Of a stretch of 64,000 nucleotides of DNA, positions 21,526-31,079 are shown in pieces. The stretch is from an uncultured Gemmatimonadaceae bacterium. Lineage in GTDB: Bacteria > Gemmatimonadota > Gemmatimonadetes > Gemmatimonadales > Gemmatimonadaceae. The first letter of the stretch is position 1, and each line of letters begins with the position of its first letter. Made by a program: the position numbers and the translations under genes. The notes under the pieces were generated by a model, which was given only the letters and a program-made list of their open reading frames with translations, was not told the origin of the DNA and did not search any database. The DNA lies in contig CAWBOC010000006.1 of assembly GCA_963790305.1 (NCBI GenBank), forward strand, positions 192,001 to 256,000. Direction: 5' to 3'.

Positions 21526-22686
21526 CTACGCCGCCTCCGCGCTCGGCACCGCGTCGAAGCGGCGCAACTCCTGATAGAACGAATCCCGCTCGACCGGCAC
21601 TCTCCCCGCTCCGCGAATGAGACGCACCAGCTCGTCCAGCGGAATGCTCTGCGGCGTGTGGGCGCCAGCCTCGTGATAGATCTTCTCACGCACCACGGTG
21701 CCCTCGAGGTCATTCACGCCGAACGACAGCGCGACTTGTGACAACGCCGTGGTCACCATGATCCAGTGCGTCTTGACGTGCGCGATGTTGTCGAGGAAGA
21801 GCCGTCCCACGGCCAGGTTCCGAAGATCATCGAAGCCGGTCGTGGCGGTGCCCCCACGCCCCAACTGGTCGCCGAGCTCGTTGTGGTCGGGGTGGTACGC
21901 GAGCGGAATGTAGGCGAGGAAGCCGCCTGTCTCCTCCTGGAGGTCACGCAACATCGCCAGGTGCTCGATGCGGTCTTCGATCGACTCGACGTGTCCGTAC
22001 AGCATGGTGCAGTTCGAGCGGATGCCAAGGCCGTGCGCGACCCGGTGTACCTCGATCCAGTCCTCGGCGGCGAGCTTCTTCTCGGCGATCGTCGCGCGGA
22101 CACCTTTGCTGAAGACTTCGGCGCCGCCGCCCGGCATCGTGTCGAGGCCTGCCTCACGCAGGGCCGTGAGCACCTCAGCGATCGACATTTTCTCGATGCG
22201 CGCGATGTGAGCGATCTCGACCGCCGTCAGCGCCTTGATGTGGACGTTTGGATGGCGTGTCTTGAGTCCGCGAAACATCTCGGCGTAGTACTCGAGCCCC
22301 GCCTGCATGTCGAGCCCGCCCACAATGTGGAACTCACGGACATACGGATTCGCGGCGGCCTCAGCGTACGCCTGCTCCATCGTATAGCGGTACGCCCCGT
22401 CTTCCTTGGGCAAGCGCGCGTACGAGCAGAAGACGCAGGTCTTCCGCAGGATGCAGACGTTCGTGGGATTGATGTGCTGATTGGCGGCGAAGTACACGCG
22501 GTCGCCATGGCGCGCGCGATTGGCCGCGTCCGCCAAAACGCCGACGCCTAACAGGTCGGGCGTGCGAAAAAGGTAGGTGCCCTCGTCCGGCGTGAGCCGC
22601 TGGCCGGCTTCGACCTTCTCGGCGATCGGCTGCAGCGCAGGATCGCGGAGCAGCGTGCGATCGATGCCGCGGACGGCGACGGTCAT
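21526..22686 (-). CDS. mqnE: Aminofutalosine synthase (radical SAM)
   Basis: N.HINPTNVCILRKTCVFCSY, HIKALTAVEI, MPGGGAE, TMLYGH.E, GTVV.EKIYHEAGA, ERDS.Y. Confidence 0.9.
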   Translation of the reverse strand: MTVAVRGIDRTLLRDPALQPIAEKVEAGQRLTPDEGTYLFRTPDLLGVGVLADAANRARHGDRVYFAANQHINPTNVCILRKTCVFCSYARLPKEDGAYRYTMEQAYAEAAANPYVREFHIVGGLDMQAGLEYYAEMFRGLKTRHPNVHIKALTAVEIAHIARIEKMSIAEVLTALREAGLDTMPGGGAEVFSKGVRATIAEKKLAAEDWIEVHRVAHGLGIRSNCTMLYGHVESIEDRIEHLAMLRDLQEETGGFLAYIPLAYHPDHNELGDQLGRGGTATTGFDDLRNLAVGRLFLDNIAHVKTHWIMVTTALSQVALSFGVNDLEGTVVREKIYHEAGAHTPQSIPLDELVRLIRGAGRVPVERDSFYQELRRFDAVPSAEAA

Positions 22687-23927
22687 TCGGGGTAACGCTT
22701 CACGGCGAGCGTCACGTTATGGCCGCCGAATCCGAAGCTGTTGCTCAACGCCGCGGTCATCTCGCGCGAGGCCGTCTGGTTGGGCGTGTAGTTCAAGTCG
22801 CAGTCGGGATCAGGGGTCTGGTAATTGATGGTCGGCGGAATCTTCCCCTCGCGTACCGCGAGCGCACTGAAGATGAACTCGACCGCCCCCGCGGCACCGA
22901 GCATGTGTCCTGTCGCCGATTTGGTCGAGCTGACGTTCAGCCGCTTGGCATGCTCACCGAACACCGCCTTGATCGCCTTCGTCTCGTTGAGATCGTTGGC
23001 GGGCGTGCTCGTGCCGTGGGCGTTGATATACTCGACGTCGGCGGGTCCCAGTCCCGCGTCCTGCATCGCCCGTCGCATTGCGCGCTGGGCGCCTTCGCCG
23101 TCGGGCGCCGGCGCCGTGAGGTGATACGCATCGCCGGTGGCGCCATACCCCACGATCTCCGCGTAAATGCGGGCGCCACGCTTCTTCGCGTGCTCGAGCT
23201 CCTCGAGAACGACCACGCCTGACCCTTCCCCCATCACGAACCCGTCGCGCGTAGCGTCGAAGGGGCGTGACGCGGTCTCCGGCGAGTCATTCCGCTCCGA
23301 GAGCGCTTTCATGTTGGCAAACCCGCCGATGGCCATCGGCGTGACAGTCGCTTCCGCGCCGCCACTCAGGATGATGTCGGCATCGCCGTATTGAATCGTC
23401 CGAAACGCATCGCCGATAGCGTGCGCGCTCGTGGCGCACGCGGAGACGGTCGCGTAGTTCGGGCCCTTCGCGTTGAAGCGCATCGATACAATGCCCGCTG
23501 CAATGTCGGCGATGAACATCGGGATGAAGAAGGGCGAGATCTTCGAAGGGCCGCGCGCCTTGTAGACGTCGTGCTGTTCCTCGAACGAGCGCAGCCCGCC
23601 AATGCCGCTGCCAATGATCACGCCGGTGCGTTCCGGATCGTAGCCATTCCCCTCGGCGAACCCGGCGTCCTGCATCGCCTGGACGGCGGCCGCCACCGCG
23701 TACTGCGTATACGCATCGGCGCGCTTCGCCTCCTTCCGGTCCATGAACTCGACCGGATCGAAGCCCTTCACTTCGGCCGCGAATCGTACCGGGAACGTGG
23801 TCGCATCGAACTTCGTGATCGGCCCCGCCCCCGACTTCGCCGCCAGGAGGGAACGCCAAGTCGTCGCCACGTCGTTGCCGACGGGCGTGAGGCATCCGAA
23901 CCCCGTGACGACGACCCGACGCCGCAT
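22683..23927 (-). CDS. fabF: 3-oxoacyl-ACP synthase II
   Basis: RRVVVTG.G, SACATS, DAYH.TAP, NAHGTST, GHMLGAAG, NSFGFGG. Confidence 0.96.
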   Translation of the reverse strand: MRRRVVVTGFGCLTPVGNDVATTWRSLLAAKSGAGPITKFDATTFPVRFAAEVKGFDPVEFMDRKEAKRADAYTQYAVAAAVQAMQDAGFAEGNGYDPERTGVIIGSGIGGLRSFEEQHDVYKARGPSKISPFFIPMFIADIAAGIVSMRFNAKGPNYATVSACATSAHAIGDAFRTIQYGDADIILSGGAEATVTPMAIGGFANMKALSERNDSPETASRPFDATRDGFVMGEGSGVVVLEELEHAKKRGARIYAEIVGYGATGDAYHLTAPAPDGEGAQRAMRRAMQDAGLGPADVEYINAHGTSTPANDLNETKAIKAVFGEHAKRLNVSSTKSATGHMLGAAGAVEFIFSALAVREGKIPPTINYQTPDPDCDLNYTPNQTASREMTAALSNSFGFGGHNVTLAVKRYPE

Positions 23928-24166
23928 CAGGCCTTCACCTTCTCCCGGAGGTAATTCATGGCATCGCCGACCGTCCGCATTTTCTCCGCGTCCTCATCGG
24001 GGATGTCGATGTTGAACTCCTTCTCGAACGCCATGACGAGCTCGACGGTGTCGAGGCTGTCGGCGCCGAGATCTTCCATGAAGCTCGCTTCATTGGTGAG
24101 CTTCTCGCGCTCGACTCCAAGCTCCTCTACGATGATGTCCTTGACCTTGTCCTGGAGATCGGGCAT
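23927..24166 (-). CDS. acpP: Acyl carrier protein
   Basis: [17 protein letters not shown]. Confidence 0.97.
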   Translation of the reverse strand: MPDLQDKVKDIIVEELGVEREKLTNEASFMEDLGADSLDTVELVMAFEKEFNIDIPDEDAEKMRTVGDAMNYLREKVKA

Positions 24167-24201
24167 GGGGCTTAGTCCTCAGGGTTGAGTGTACGACGAC
24201 C

Positions 24202-24273
24202 AGAATGCGAAACGCGAATGCGGAAGGCCAGGAATGCGCTCCAAGTGGTTCGGCATTCCGCATCCCGAATTCC
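24202..24273. repeat. GAATGCG-heptamer imperfect inverted repeat (fabG-acpP spacer)
   Basis: gaatgcgaaacgcgaatgcggaaggccaggaatgcg ... cggcattccgcatcccgaattcc. Confidence 0.65.
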
Positions 24274-24281
24274 ACTGAAAT

Positions 24282-25019
24282 CTACATAACCATACCGCCG
24301 TCCACCACGAAGACCTGCCCCGTGATGTACGCGGCATGCTCGGAGGCGAGGAACGCCGCGACCGCGGCAATGTCCTTCGGGGTTCCGAGCCGTTCGAGGG
24401 GGATCTGCGCACTGAGCGCGGCACGTGCGTCGGCGGTCATGGCCGACGTCATGTCGGTCTCGATGAACCCGGGGGCGATGACGTTCGCGAGGATGTTCCG
24501 CGACGCGAACTCCTTCGCGACCGACTTGGTAAAGCCGATCAACCCCGCTTTGCTCGCCGCATAATTGGACTGTCCCTTGTTGCCAATGAGGCCGACCACG
24601 CTCGAAATGTTGATGATGCGTCCCCAGCGCCGCTTCATCATGCCTCGTGCCGCGGCCCGAACTGCCGCGAATGCTCCGCGCAAATTCGCGTGCAGGACCG
24701 CATCCCAATCCTCGTCCTTTAGCCGAAGAAGAATGTTGTCCCTGGTCAGGCCCGCGTTGTTGACGAGGATGTCGACCGAGCCAAAGTCGCGTTCGACCGA
24801 CTCGATGAGCGAGGCCACCTGGCCCGTGTCGGATACGTCCGCGGCATATCCACGTGCCTCTCCACCAAGCGCCGCGGCCGCGTCGGAGGCCCGCGTGGAG
24901 TCACGTCCCACCACGGCGACGCGCGCACCGCAGCCCGAGAATGTCGCGGCGATTTCGCGGCCAATGCCGCGGGTGCCGCCGGTCACGAGTGCAACGCGTC
25001 CGCTCAGATCGATTTGCAT
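24282..25019 (-). CDS. fabG: 3-oxoacyl-ACP reductase
   Basis: TGGTRGIG, NNAGLTRD, GQSNYAASKAG, APGFIETDMT. Confidence 0.96.
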   Translation of the reverse strand: MQIDLSGRVALVTGGTRGIGREIAATFSGCGARVAVVGRDSTRASDAAAALGGEARGYAADVSDTGQVASLIESVERDFGSVDILVNNAGLTRDNILLRLKDEDWDAVLHANLRGAFAAVRAAARGMMKRRWGRIINISSVVGLIGNKGQSNYAASKAGLIGFTKSVAKEFASRNILANVIAPGFIETDMTSAMTADARAALSAQIPLERLGTPKDIAAVAAFLASEHAAYITGQVFVVDGGMVM

Positions 25020-25954
25020 CAGTTGACGGTGTTCAGGAGCTGATCGACTTCAGCCACCGTGCCACAGGTGGCCGACCGAATCTGAGGGGCAATGCGCTTG
25101 GTGAGATTCGTGAGCACGTTCCCCGGTCCCATCTCCACGAAAAGCGCGTCCGGATAAGCCGTGGCCAGACTCCGGACGACGTCGGTCCAGCGCACCGGCG
25201 ATGTCAACTGCTCGAGCAAGAGTCGCTGCGCTTCAGCAGGTGTCGTGACCGCGGTTGCGCTCACGTTGCAGAACACCGGGAATGCTGGCTCGCGGAACTC
25301 GGCCTTGCGCAATGCCTGCGACAGCCCGTCCCGCGCGACTTCCATGAGGGGCGAGTGAAACGCGCCGCTCACCTTGAGACGCACCGCACGCTTTGCGCCG
25401 AGCTCTTTCGCCAGCTCCATGGCGCGCTCGACTGCCGCGATCTCGCCCGAGATAACGAGCTGTTCCGGCGTGTTGTAGTTGGCGGGGACCACCGACGCCC
25501 CGTTCGCCGAGGCACGACGACACGCTTCCTCGACCTTCGCTTCGTCGAGACCGAGGATCGCCGCCATCGCACCGGGGCGCTTCACCCCGCTGTCGTACAT
25601 GAGCTCGCCGCGGCGCCGGACCAGCGCGGCGGCATCGGCAAGGCCCAGCGAGCCCGCGGCATGATACGCCGTGAACTCGCCAAGCGAGTGACCGGCCGCG
25701 GCGCGCACGTGCGGAGCCAGCCGCTCCCCGGTCATTGCCCACACGGCCGCCCCATGCGCGAGCAGCGCGGGCTGTGCGTTTTGCGTGGCGGTGAGCTCGT
25801 CTTCGGGGCCGTTGAAGGCGAGCGAGGACAGCGATATCCCAAGGGTGCGATCCACGGTATCGAACACCTGCCGCGCCCGCGGCGTGTCGGCAAGATCCTT
25901 GGCCATCCCCGGCTTCTGCGATCCCTGCCCGGGGAAGAGGAGTACGACATCCAT
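25019..25954 (-). CDS. fabD: Malonyl-CoA:ACP transacylase
   Basis: FPGQGSQ, GHSLGE, VSGAFHSPLM, PVRW. Confidence 0.96.
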   Translation of the reverse strand: MDVVLLFPGQGSQKPGMAKDLADTPRARQVFDTVDRTLGISLSSLAFNGPEDELTATQNAQPALLAHGAAVWAMTGERLAPHVRAAAGHSLGEFTAYHAAGSLGLADAAALVRRRGELMYDSGVKRPGAMAAILGLDEAKVEEACRRASANGASVVPANYNTPEQLVISGEIAAVERAMELAKELGAKRAVRLKVSGAFHSPLMEVARDGLSQALRKAEFREPAFPVFCNVSATAVTTPAEAQRLLLEQLTSPVRWTDVVRSLATAYPDALFVEMGPGNVLTNLTKRIAPQIRSATCGTVAEVDQLLNTVN

Positions 25955-25961
25955 GTGCGGC

Positions 25962-26951
25962 CTAGAAGCGCACGATGGTGGAGGCCCAGGTAAAGCCTGC
26001 GCCGAACGCGACCATCAGCACGGTGGCGCCCTCGCCGATGCGCCCGGTCTCGAACGCCTCGTCGAGGGAAATGGGGATCGATGCCGACGATGTGTTGCCG
26101 TATCGGTCGACATTCACGTACACCTTGTCCATCGAGATGCCGGCATGTTTGGCCGTGGCCTCGATGATCCGCACGTTGGCCTGGTGCGGGATGAGCAGAT
26201 CGATGTCCTTGCCGGTGAGGCGTGCGGCATCGAGCGCACGGTCGCACGCCTCCGCCATGGACCGGACCGCGTGCTTGAACACCTCACGACCCGCCATCTT
26301 CACGAAGTGGGAACGGTCCATCAACACGGCCTCGGTGATGGGGACCGTCGCTCCACCGTGAGGCCGGTACAACAGCTCGGCCAGCGTCCCATCACTGCGC
26401 ATGAAGCTGCTCAAGATTCCCTTGTGGTGCTTCGACCGTCGCAGCACGGTGGCACCGGCACCATCGCCGAACAGCACGCACGTCGAACGATCCTTCCAGT
26501 CGACGATCGAGCTCATCTTCTCCGACGCGATCACGAGAATCGTCTCGGCCGTACCGGCCGCGATCATCCCTTCGGCGACCGTCAGGCCATAGAGCCATCC
26601 GGAGCATGCCGCGGAGACGTCGAATGCGGCCGCGCGTGTTGCTCCGAGCTCCGCCTGAATGTCGACCGCAGTGGCCGGTAGCAGGCGATCGGGGGTCGCA
26701 GTGCTGAGCAGGATGGCGTCCACCTCACCGGCATGCACGCCCGCCCGCTGCATCGCGATGCGCGACGCCTCGGCGCCGAGGGAGCATGTCGTCTCCCCGT
26801 CGCGGGCGATGTGCCGCTCGACGATGCCCGTGCGCTCGACGATCCAGTCGTGCGACGTCTCGAGGCCGAGAGCCGCGAAGTCGTGATTGGTCATCACGTG
26901 CGCCGGAATCGAGCGCCCGGTGCTCACGACCTGCGCGAGTGGCCGCCTCAC
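25962..26951 (-). CDS. fabH: 3-oxoacyl-ACP synthase III
   Basis: RTGI..R, AACSG, FGDGAGA, PHQAN.RI, YGNTSSASIP, FGAGFTW. Confidence 0.96.
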   Translation of the reverse strand: MRRPLAQVVSTGRSIPAHVMTNHDFAALGLETSHDWIVERTGIVERHIARDGETTCSLGAEASRIAMQRAGVHAGEVDAILLSTATPDRLLPATAVDIQAELGATRAAAFDVSAACSGWLYGLTVAEGMIAAGTAETILVIASEKMSSIVDWKDRSTCVLFGDGAGATVLRRSKHHKGILSSFMRSDGTLAELLYRPHGGATVPITEAVLMDRSHFVKMAGREVFKHAVRSMAEACDRALDAARLTGKDIDLLIPHQANVRIIEATAKHAGISMDKVYVNVDRYGNTSSASIPISLDEAFETGRIGEGATVLMVAFGAGFTWASTIVRF

Positions 26952-27961
26952 GAGGCAGACTCCTTGGCGGACTGCGCGAGGCGTCGGCCAATGTGCTCCG
27001 TCATTCGCGACTCCACCGCGCGCAGCGCGACGAGGATGGCATTCTTGATGGCGTTCGGCGAGGACTTGCCGTGCGAGATGATGCTGACGCCTCGCACACC
27101 GAGCAGCGGCGCGCCGCCATGCTCGGAGTAGTCGAACTCCTTCGAGAACGCGCGCTTCAACTGCACCGGATCCATCCCGGAGCGCGCGAGCAAGGCGAGA
27201 ATCATCGGTGGAACCGACTCATAGAACTTGAGCAGCACGTTCCCGACGAACCCATCGCAGACGACGACATCGATCGGCCCGCGTTCCGTCGCGCCGGCCA
27301 GAATATCCCTTCCCTCGACGTTGCCCTGAAAGTTGAGGTCCGATTCCAGGAGGGTCTGGTGGGCCTCCTTCACCGCGGCGTTTCCCTTCTCCGCCTCTTC
27401 GCCGATGCTGAGCAACCCGACCGATGGATTCTTGCGGCCGAGAATGTCTTCGGCGTACGTCGCGCCGAGCCGGGCGAACTGCACCAGCTCCTCAGCGGTG
27501 CAGTCGACGTTGGCGCCCGAGTCGAGAACGACGACCGGATGATTCACGGTCGGGAAGACGGTGCCGATCGCGGGACGTGTGAGGCCCTCGTGCAGCTTGA
27601 GGATCAGCGTCGACGCCGCCATCTGCGCGCCGGTGTTCCCGGCGGAGACGAAGGCATCGGACTCGCCGGCGGCCTGCAGCTTGAGGCCCACCGCCATCGA
27701 GCTGTTCGCCTTGGCGCGCAACACCGCGGCGGGCTTGTCCGACATCTCGACGACCTGGGGCGCTTCGACAATCGTGAGGCGCTTCCGCGCACTCGAGTCG
27801 CGCGCGAGCTGTGTGACGAGCTCGCGCTCGATGTCTTCAGTACGTCCGACGAGTTGGAGAGAGTGAGCCGGATCGAGCTCCCTCAACGCGAGCAGCGCGC
27901 CGGCGATCGTCGCGTGAGGCGCGTGGTCGCCGCCCATGGCGTCCAGCGCGATGCGCGCCAA
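26948..27961 (-). CDS. plsX: Phosphate acyltransferase
   Basis: IALDAMGGDHAP, SAGNTGA, D.GAN.D, GEE..KG, DGFVGN..LK, HG.S. Confidence 0.96.
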   Translation of the reverse strand: MARIALDAMGGDHAPHATIAGALLALRELDPAHSLQLVGRTEDIERELVTQLARDSSARKRLTIVEAPQVVEMSDKPAAVLRAKANSSMAVGLKLQAAGESDAFVSAGNTGAQMAASTLILKLHEGLTRPAIGTVFPTVNHPVVVLDSGANVDCTAEELVQFARLGATYAEDILGRKNPSVGLLSIGEEAEKGNAAVKEAHQTLLESDLNFQGNVEGRDILAGATERGPIDVVVCDGFVGNVLLKFYESVPPMILALLARSGMDPVQLKRAFSKEFDYSEHGGAPLLGVRGVSIISHGKSSPNAIKNAILVALRAVESRMTEHIGRRLAQSAKESAS

Positions 27962-27964
27962 GGC

Positions 27965-28147
27965 TCAGCCTTCCCTTGCCGCGACCCGCTGTTTCCCTGC
28001 GTAGAATCCGCACTCCTGACACACACGATGCGGACGCTTCATGCTCCCGCACTTCGGACATGCCTGCATGACGATGGCGGGCGCGATCTTGTGCGTGTTA
28101 CGTGCGCGCTTTTTCCGCTTGCTCGTCCGTCGTTTCGGAACAGCCAT
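27965..28147 (-). CDS. rpmF: 50S ribosomal protein L32
   Basis: MAVPKRRTSK...CPKCG..KRPHRVCQECGFY. Confidence 0.96.
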   Translation of the reverse strand: MAVPKRRTSKRKKRARNTHKIAPAIVMQACPKCGSMKRPHRVCQECGFYAGKQRVAAREG

Positions 28148-28178
28148 GGTGGGGTAGAGCTCAGTGAAAGGGTATCGC

Positions 28179-28689
28179 TCAACGGGCTTCGCCGCGAAGC
28201 TTTCGCAGCGCATCCCAGCGGGTATCGACTTCGGGTTCACACGTGCACGTCGCCGCGTTCAGATCGGCGCCGCAGTCTGACACAGAGCCCTTGGCAATCC
28301 TCACGGCAGAGCGCGAACGTCGGGGCACTCAGCAACCACTGTTCACGAATTGCCGGTCGCAGATCGACGGTATGCGCTCCCGCCGGCAATGCGAAGACGT
28401 CCGGATCTTCCGCTTCGGCGTCGTCCGTTTCGACGAAGATGAAATGCACATCCTCGCCCACTGGCGCGGTGAGGCCGGTGAGGCATCGACGGCACGCGCC
28501 CTCGACGACTCCCTCGATGCGACCGCTCCAGTAGTAGCGACCCGACCCGGCCGAGGACAAACGGCCAGTCGCATGCACGGACGTCTGGGGCCTCGGATCT
28601 CCCTCCTGCCAGACGGCGTCGTCTCTCGAAAGGGCCCCGTCGACGCGCGCGGCCTGTTCCTGCAGGGCACCAATGTCGAAGGACAGCAT
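28179..28689 (-). CDS. yceD: DUF177/YceD family protein (one +1 frameshift near 28278)
   Basis: CRRCL, VDL...IREQ.LL..P..ALCREDCQGLC; after the shift CGADLN...C.C....D.RWDALRKL; upstream of rpmF. Confidence 0.9.
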
Positions 28690-28697
28690 AGCCACGA

Positions 28698-28726
28698 AAA
28701 ATACCCGAGCCGTCCGAGTGGGTCAA
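28698..28726 (-). promoter_or_regulatory. Sigma70-type promoter of the yceD-rpmF-fab-mqn operon, nearly leaderless
   Basis: TTGACC-N17-TATTTT, 8 nt before the ATG, no SD. Confidence 0.6.
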
Positions 28727-28772
28727 GTCAGCGAGTGGCAGTAAGTTACCCACAAGACGTGCACCGCGCCCT

Positions 28773-29815
28773 TCAGGGGCAGAGTTTCAGCATCTCCCGG
28801 CGGACCCGTGACGGGTCATCGATGAGTCGATAGAACTCCGCGTAGTATCGGCGGGACTTGTCCCGCTCGTCCCGCTCCAGAGGCTGGAGGTCATATAACG
28901 CGTCGATGGCGGCGCGGTGTTGACGAAATCGAGCAAAGATCGGCTCGAAGTCTTCCACGGCGCTACAGTATCCCGAGTACAGCCGCTCCTTCACGCTTCT
29001 GATTGGCAACGACGTGTCGGGGACGGCATACCGCGTTGCGATCACGCCGGCCCAGTCGAAGTCGTACGGAACGGGAAGAATCCGGCCGCCAGAATCCGCG
29101 AGCAGCACGATATTGTGCAAGGCGCGGATGGACCAATCGGTGTTCCCGATGAAGTACTGGAACACCGCCATGAAGACCGTTTGGGTCGGATCGAGCCGCG
29201 CGATGTGCGTGCCCGTGTCTTCCACGACCCGCATTCGGTGACGCGCGGCGAGACGGCCCTCGTCCTCGATGAGGATGGCGTAGCGCGTGACGGGCTTCTC
29301 GCGGCCCGCGGCATCCTCGTAGGTCACCCGCGCCAGACGAGTGCGGAGACTCAGGTCGGTGAGCAGCCCGTACGCCCTGTAGATCAGGTATTCCTGCAGC
29401 ACGTACTGCTCGTACTGGTCGCTGTTGCGGCAATGCGTGACCATCTTGACGCGCCGCTCTCCCTCGAACGGGGTGTCCTGACGCGCCCGCCGACCAACGG
29501 AGAGCCGCAGCGGGGGAAATGGGCACACGGCGGGACGAAGCCGAAAAATGCCCACGCGTGCGCAAGCCGATCGCCACGCTGTCCGTGCCCCCGTCGGGTC
29601 GCTACCAGGCGAGCGATTCCGTCGTGCTCGGTGCGATCCTCCCCACGATCCCGCAGCAGCGCACGAATATCCGTGCGGATGGTCATTTCGAGGGGGGAGT
29701 CCGAGCCGAATATGGACGGGCGCGCACTCGTCGTCGTGTCCTGCGCGGTGGCTCCGCGGCTCGCGACGAGCGCGATCCCGATCAGGATGTGCCTAACGCC
29801 GGATTTCCGCATCAT
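28773..29815 (-). CDS. Secreted CotH-kinase-like protein (two +1 frameshifts near 29597 and 29545)
   Basis: Signal peptide (ATAQD); RG.FR, K.VTHC, EYLIYR.Y, R.RLARV, ILIED, IGNTDWS...HN, PYDFDWAG resemble CotH/atypical kinase motifs. Confidence 0.55.
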
Positions 29816-30815
29816 CGATGAGCTCTCCTCCTGCGTCTCGAAGCGCCGTCAGCAAGGTATCCGCGGTTTCCGATCGTCTCAGCCCCAGCCGATATTCGAT
29901 CCAATCCACTCCGTCCGGCTCGTGGACGACGCCACCATAGCGTACGCGCTTGGCGCGCGCGTCCAGCACCGGCTCGATCAGCGGCCGCAAGCGGGCGACG
30001 TCAGTCGTGCGCAGCCGCAGCAGCGTGTCCGCGGTCTTCCCCAGCCCGTCGAGCTCGGGCGCCGCGCGCTTGCGGCGGCGCCAGGCGCGATCGGCGAGCG
30101 CCTCGAGCTGTGTGGGAGGAAGCTTCGACAGCAGGTCCGCATCGAGGCGCGCGACGAACTCCCCGGTTCGGTTGGCCGCCGCCAGCGTCCGCTCGAGGCG
30201 GCGCCGGGCATCTTTCGCCGCCGTGCGAGCGGGCGTCCGCGCGAAGTCGGTCATCCACAGCGTGACGATGAGGAGGTTAAAAATGACCGAGAGGGCAGCC
30301 GCGACCGGCAGGCTGACGCCCGCAGCGAGTCCGACGCCTGTGGAGAGAAAGATGTAGACGGCGTCCTTGCTGTCCTCGAGTGTGTTTCGGAAGCGTACGG
30401 CGGCAACGATACCCGCAAGGCTGAAGGCGAGCGGGATGCTGTTCTTCACCAGCACCACCACGCCGGCCACGACGACGGGCAGCAGCATGAGCGTGTGCAC
30501 GACTGACTGCCGAAATCCGCGACGCTCATGTGTGAGCGTGTAGACCCAGGCGACCGGCAGGGTGAGGAGTGCCGCCGCGAGCATTGCGACGGTCGCCGCG
30601 ACAGCGCCTTGCAGCTCGCCCGGGAGGCCGGTGGGAGCCGTGTCGGTCGCTCCTCGTGGCTCGAGCAGCTCGCTCAGCGAGACCGGCGGCAACCACCGAA
30701 CGGCGAGCGCCACGGCGAGCGCAAGGACCGCGTAGTAGACGATCACGCGCAGCGGGACGCCAATCGCGATCCGCCCTGCTTGCCGAGCCGCCCCCGAGGT
30801 GCGTCCACTAGCCAT
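29793..30815 (-). CDS. DUF4956 family membrane protein
   Basis: LP.VV..VV..V.NS..LAFSLAGI.A.VRFRN.L.D..D..YIF....VGLAAG. Confidence 0.8.
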   Translation of the reverse strand: MASGRTSGAARQAGRIAIGVPLRVIVYYAVLALAVALAVRWLPPVSLSELLEPRGATDTAPTGLPGELQGAVAATVAMLAAALLTLPVAWVYTLTHERRGFRQSVVHTLMLLPVVVAGVVVLVKNSIPLAFSLAGIVAAVRFRNTLEDSKDAVYIFLSTGVGLAAGVSLPVAAALSVIFNLLIVTLWMTDFARTPARTAAKDARRRLERTLAAANRTGEFVARLDADLLSKLPPTQLEALADRAWRRRKRAAPELDGLGKTADTLLRLRTTDVARLRPLIEPVLDARAKRVRYGGVVHEPDGVDWIEYRLGLRRSETADTLLTALRDAGGELIDDAEIRR

Positions 30816-30905
30816 GCGCGTCGTATCCCGGTTGGAATGCCGCGATACTATGTCGACTGAGAGAAACGCGCGGTAGGGGCCTGCCGGCAACGAGCCGCAA
30901 GAAAA

Positions 30906-31049
30906 AGCGGTAGCACAGAGACACACAGAGACATCGCACAGAGACACACGGAGAACTGCAACGGCGAAGAGCTTTTCCAAAAAGCCCTTTGCCGTTGCAG
31001 TTCTCTGTGTGTCTCTGTGCGAAGTCTCTGTGTCCTCTGTGCTACTGCT
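30906..31049. repeat. Long (~70 bp arms) low-complexity inverted repeat built on CACAGAGAC units; may also terminate ndk transcription
   Basis: agcggtagcacagagacacacagagacatcgcacagagacacacggagaactgcaacggcgaagagctttt / aaaagccctttgccgttgcagttctctgtgtgtctctgtgcgaagtctctgtgtcctctgtgctactgct. Confidence 0.9.
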
Positions 31050-31079
31050 CTTCTTGCGGCCCTCGTTGCTCAGCGAACC

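Noticed and set aside
30816..30980. Cys-rich N-terminal extension of the DUF4956 ORF; similar extension on mdh (59327-59503)
   Set aside because: These are translations of intergenic repeat DNA; better starts exist at 30815 and 59326
30906..31049. CRISPR array (also considered for 14390-14499 and 59406-59602)
   Set aside because: Inverted low-complexity arms, no regular repeat-spacer units, no cas genes
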